A stretch of DNA of 39,502 bases, taken from the NCBI GenBank assembly GCA_047614005.1, contig JBLHIK010000003.1:1-39502 (forward strand), written 5' to 3'. Positions 38,860-39,502 of this stretch are shown piece after piece. The DNA is from Flavobacteriaceae bacterium. Lineage in GTDB: Bacteria; Patescibacteriota; Minisyncoccia; Phycocordibacterales; UBA1006. How positions within the stretch are numbered: position 1 is the stretch's first letter; each line of letters starts with the position of its first letter. The translations under genes were made by a program, and so were the position numbers. The notes under the pieces were generated by a model. It was not told where the DNA came from. It worked only from the letters and a program-made list of their open reading frames with translations, and did not search any database.

Positions 38860-39502
38860 TATAGCTTTGAAAAGGAATATTTTGATATTCCTGTCAATTC
38901 TATTTCTAGGAATTGGACTAGGTATGAGCATTATTCCACCTGATCAATTCATTGAAGCAGGATCAATCATTGCGGTGATTATAATTTCACTGCCTGCCTT
39001 TTTTGGTTTGTATAAAATATACGGAAAAAGAGGAATTACTGCTGTGTTGATACTTGGACTTCTTGCTCTTACGATTGAGACTATTGGTATCCATACAGGA
39101 TTTCCTTATTCACCGTTTAAATACATTATGGAATTCGGTTACCTATTATTTGGAACAACTCCATGGACGGTATTTATTGCATGGAGTCCACTCGTAATAG
39201 GATCCTTCCTCTTGTCTCAAGTGTGGTTCAAGAAAATCTGGTCTAGATTATCTGTCTATTTGGGTATCCTTGTTAGCACGGATGTCATACTAGACCCTGG
39301 AGCTGTTGCTCGTGGCTTATGGCAATACAGCAATGGTGGAGCTTGGTTCGGTGTACCTCTACAGAATTTTCTTGGTTGGGTACTGAGCGGAGTCATTGCG
39401 TACTTAATACTTATATTTATCTTAAGGAATTCTAAAGATATTAAATTGGACTATATTTGGCTTGGATCGTTGTCACTAATCGTATCTATATTTTTGTGGG
39501 CT
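38852..39502 (+). CDS. cruF: Carotenoid biosynthesis membrane protein (CruF/DUF422-like hydratase), truncated by the window end
   Basis: My translation from ATG 38852 gives ETIGIHTGFPY, PWTVFIAW, DVILDPGAV, W.Y..GG.WFGVPLQNFLGW. Overlaps the crtI stop. Confidence 0.8.
   Translation, partial: MDNIALKRNILIFLSILFLGIGLGMSIIPPDQFIEAGSIIAVIIISLPAFFGLYKIYGKRGITAVLILGLLALTIETIGIHTGFPYSPFKYIMEFGYLLFGTTPWTVFIAWSPLVIGSFLLSQVWFKKIWSRLSVYLGILVSTDVILDPGAVARGLWQYSNGGAWFGVPLQNFLGWVLSGVIAYLILIFILRNSKDIKLDYIWLGSLSLIVSIFLWA

Overview
AT-rich bacterial chromosome segment, most likely from a Patescibacteria/CPR (Parcubacteria-like) organism. This assignment is inferred from a divergent 16S rRNA, a short IF-2 and compact housekeeping genes. 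The window holds a stand-alone 16S rRNA gene whose anti-Shine-Dalgarno tail is non-canonical, housekeeping genes (mscL, groEL/groES, secG, rnj, clpB, a cysteine desulfurase, rbfA, infB, rmuC) and five tRNAs (Trp, Leu-TAA, Cys, Leu-TAG, Glu-CTC). It also has a tRNA-Glu-anchored island with a Gabija-type OLD nuclease/UvrD pair and a cyclodipeptide-synthase-like gene, and the start of a carotenoid cluster (crtI-like, cruF-like). The most striking unexplained signal is a family of ~150-nt structured elements just downstream of three different tRNAs (Trp, Cys, Leu-TAG). They share a conserved, covarying core, but each has terminal inverted repeats copied from the 3' end of its own neighbouring tRNA. 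Other oddities are a 168-bp tandem array made of tRNA-Glu fragments, a duplicated promoter-driven small RNA candidate, several cassette-like units where identical flanks surround different genes, and many apparently leaderless genes.
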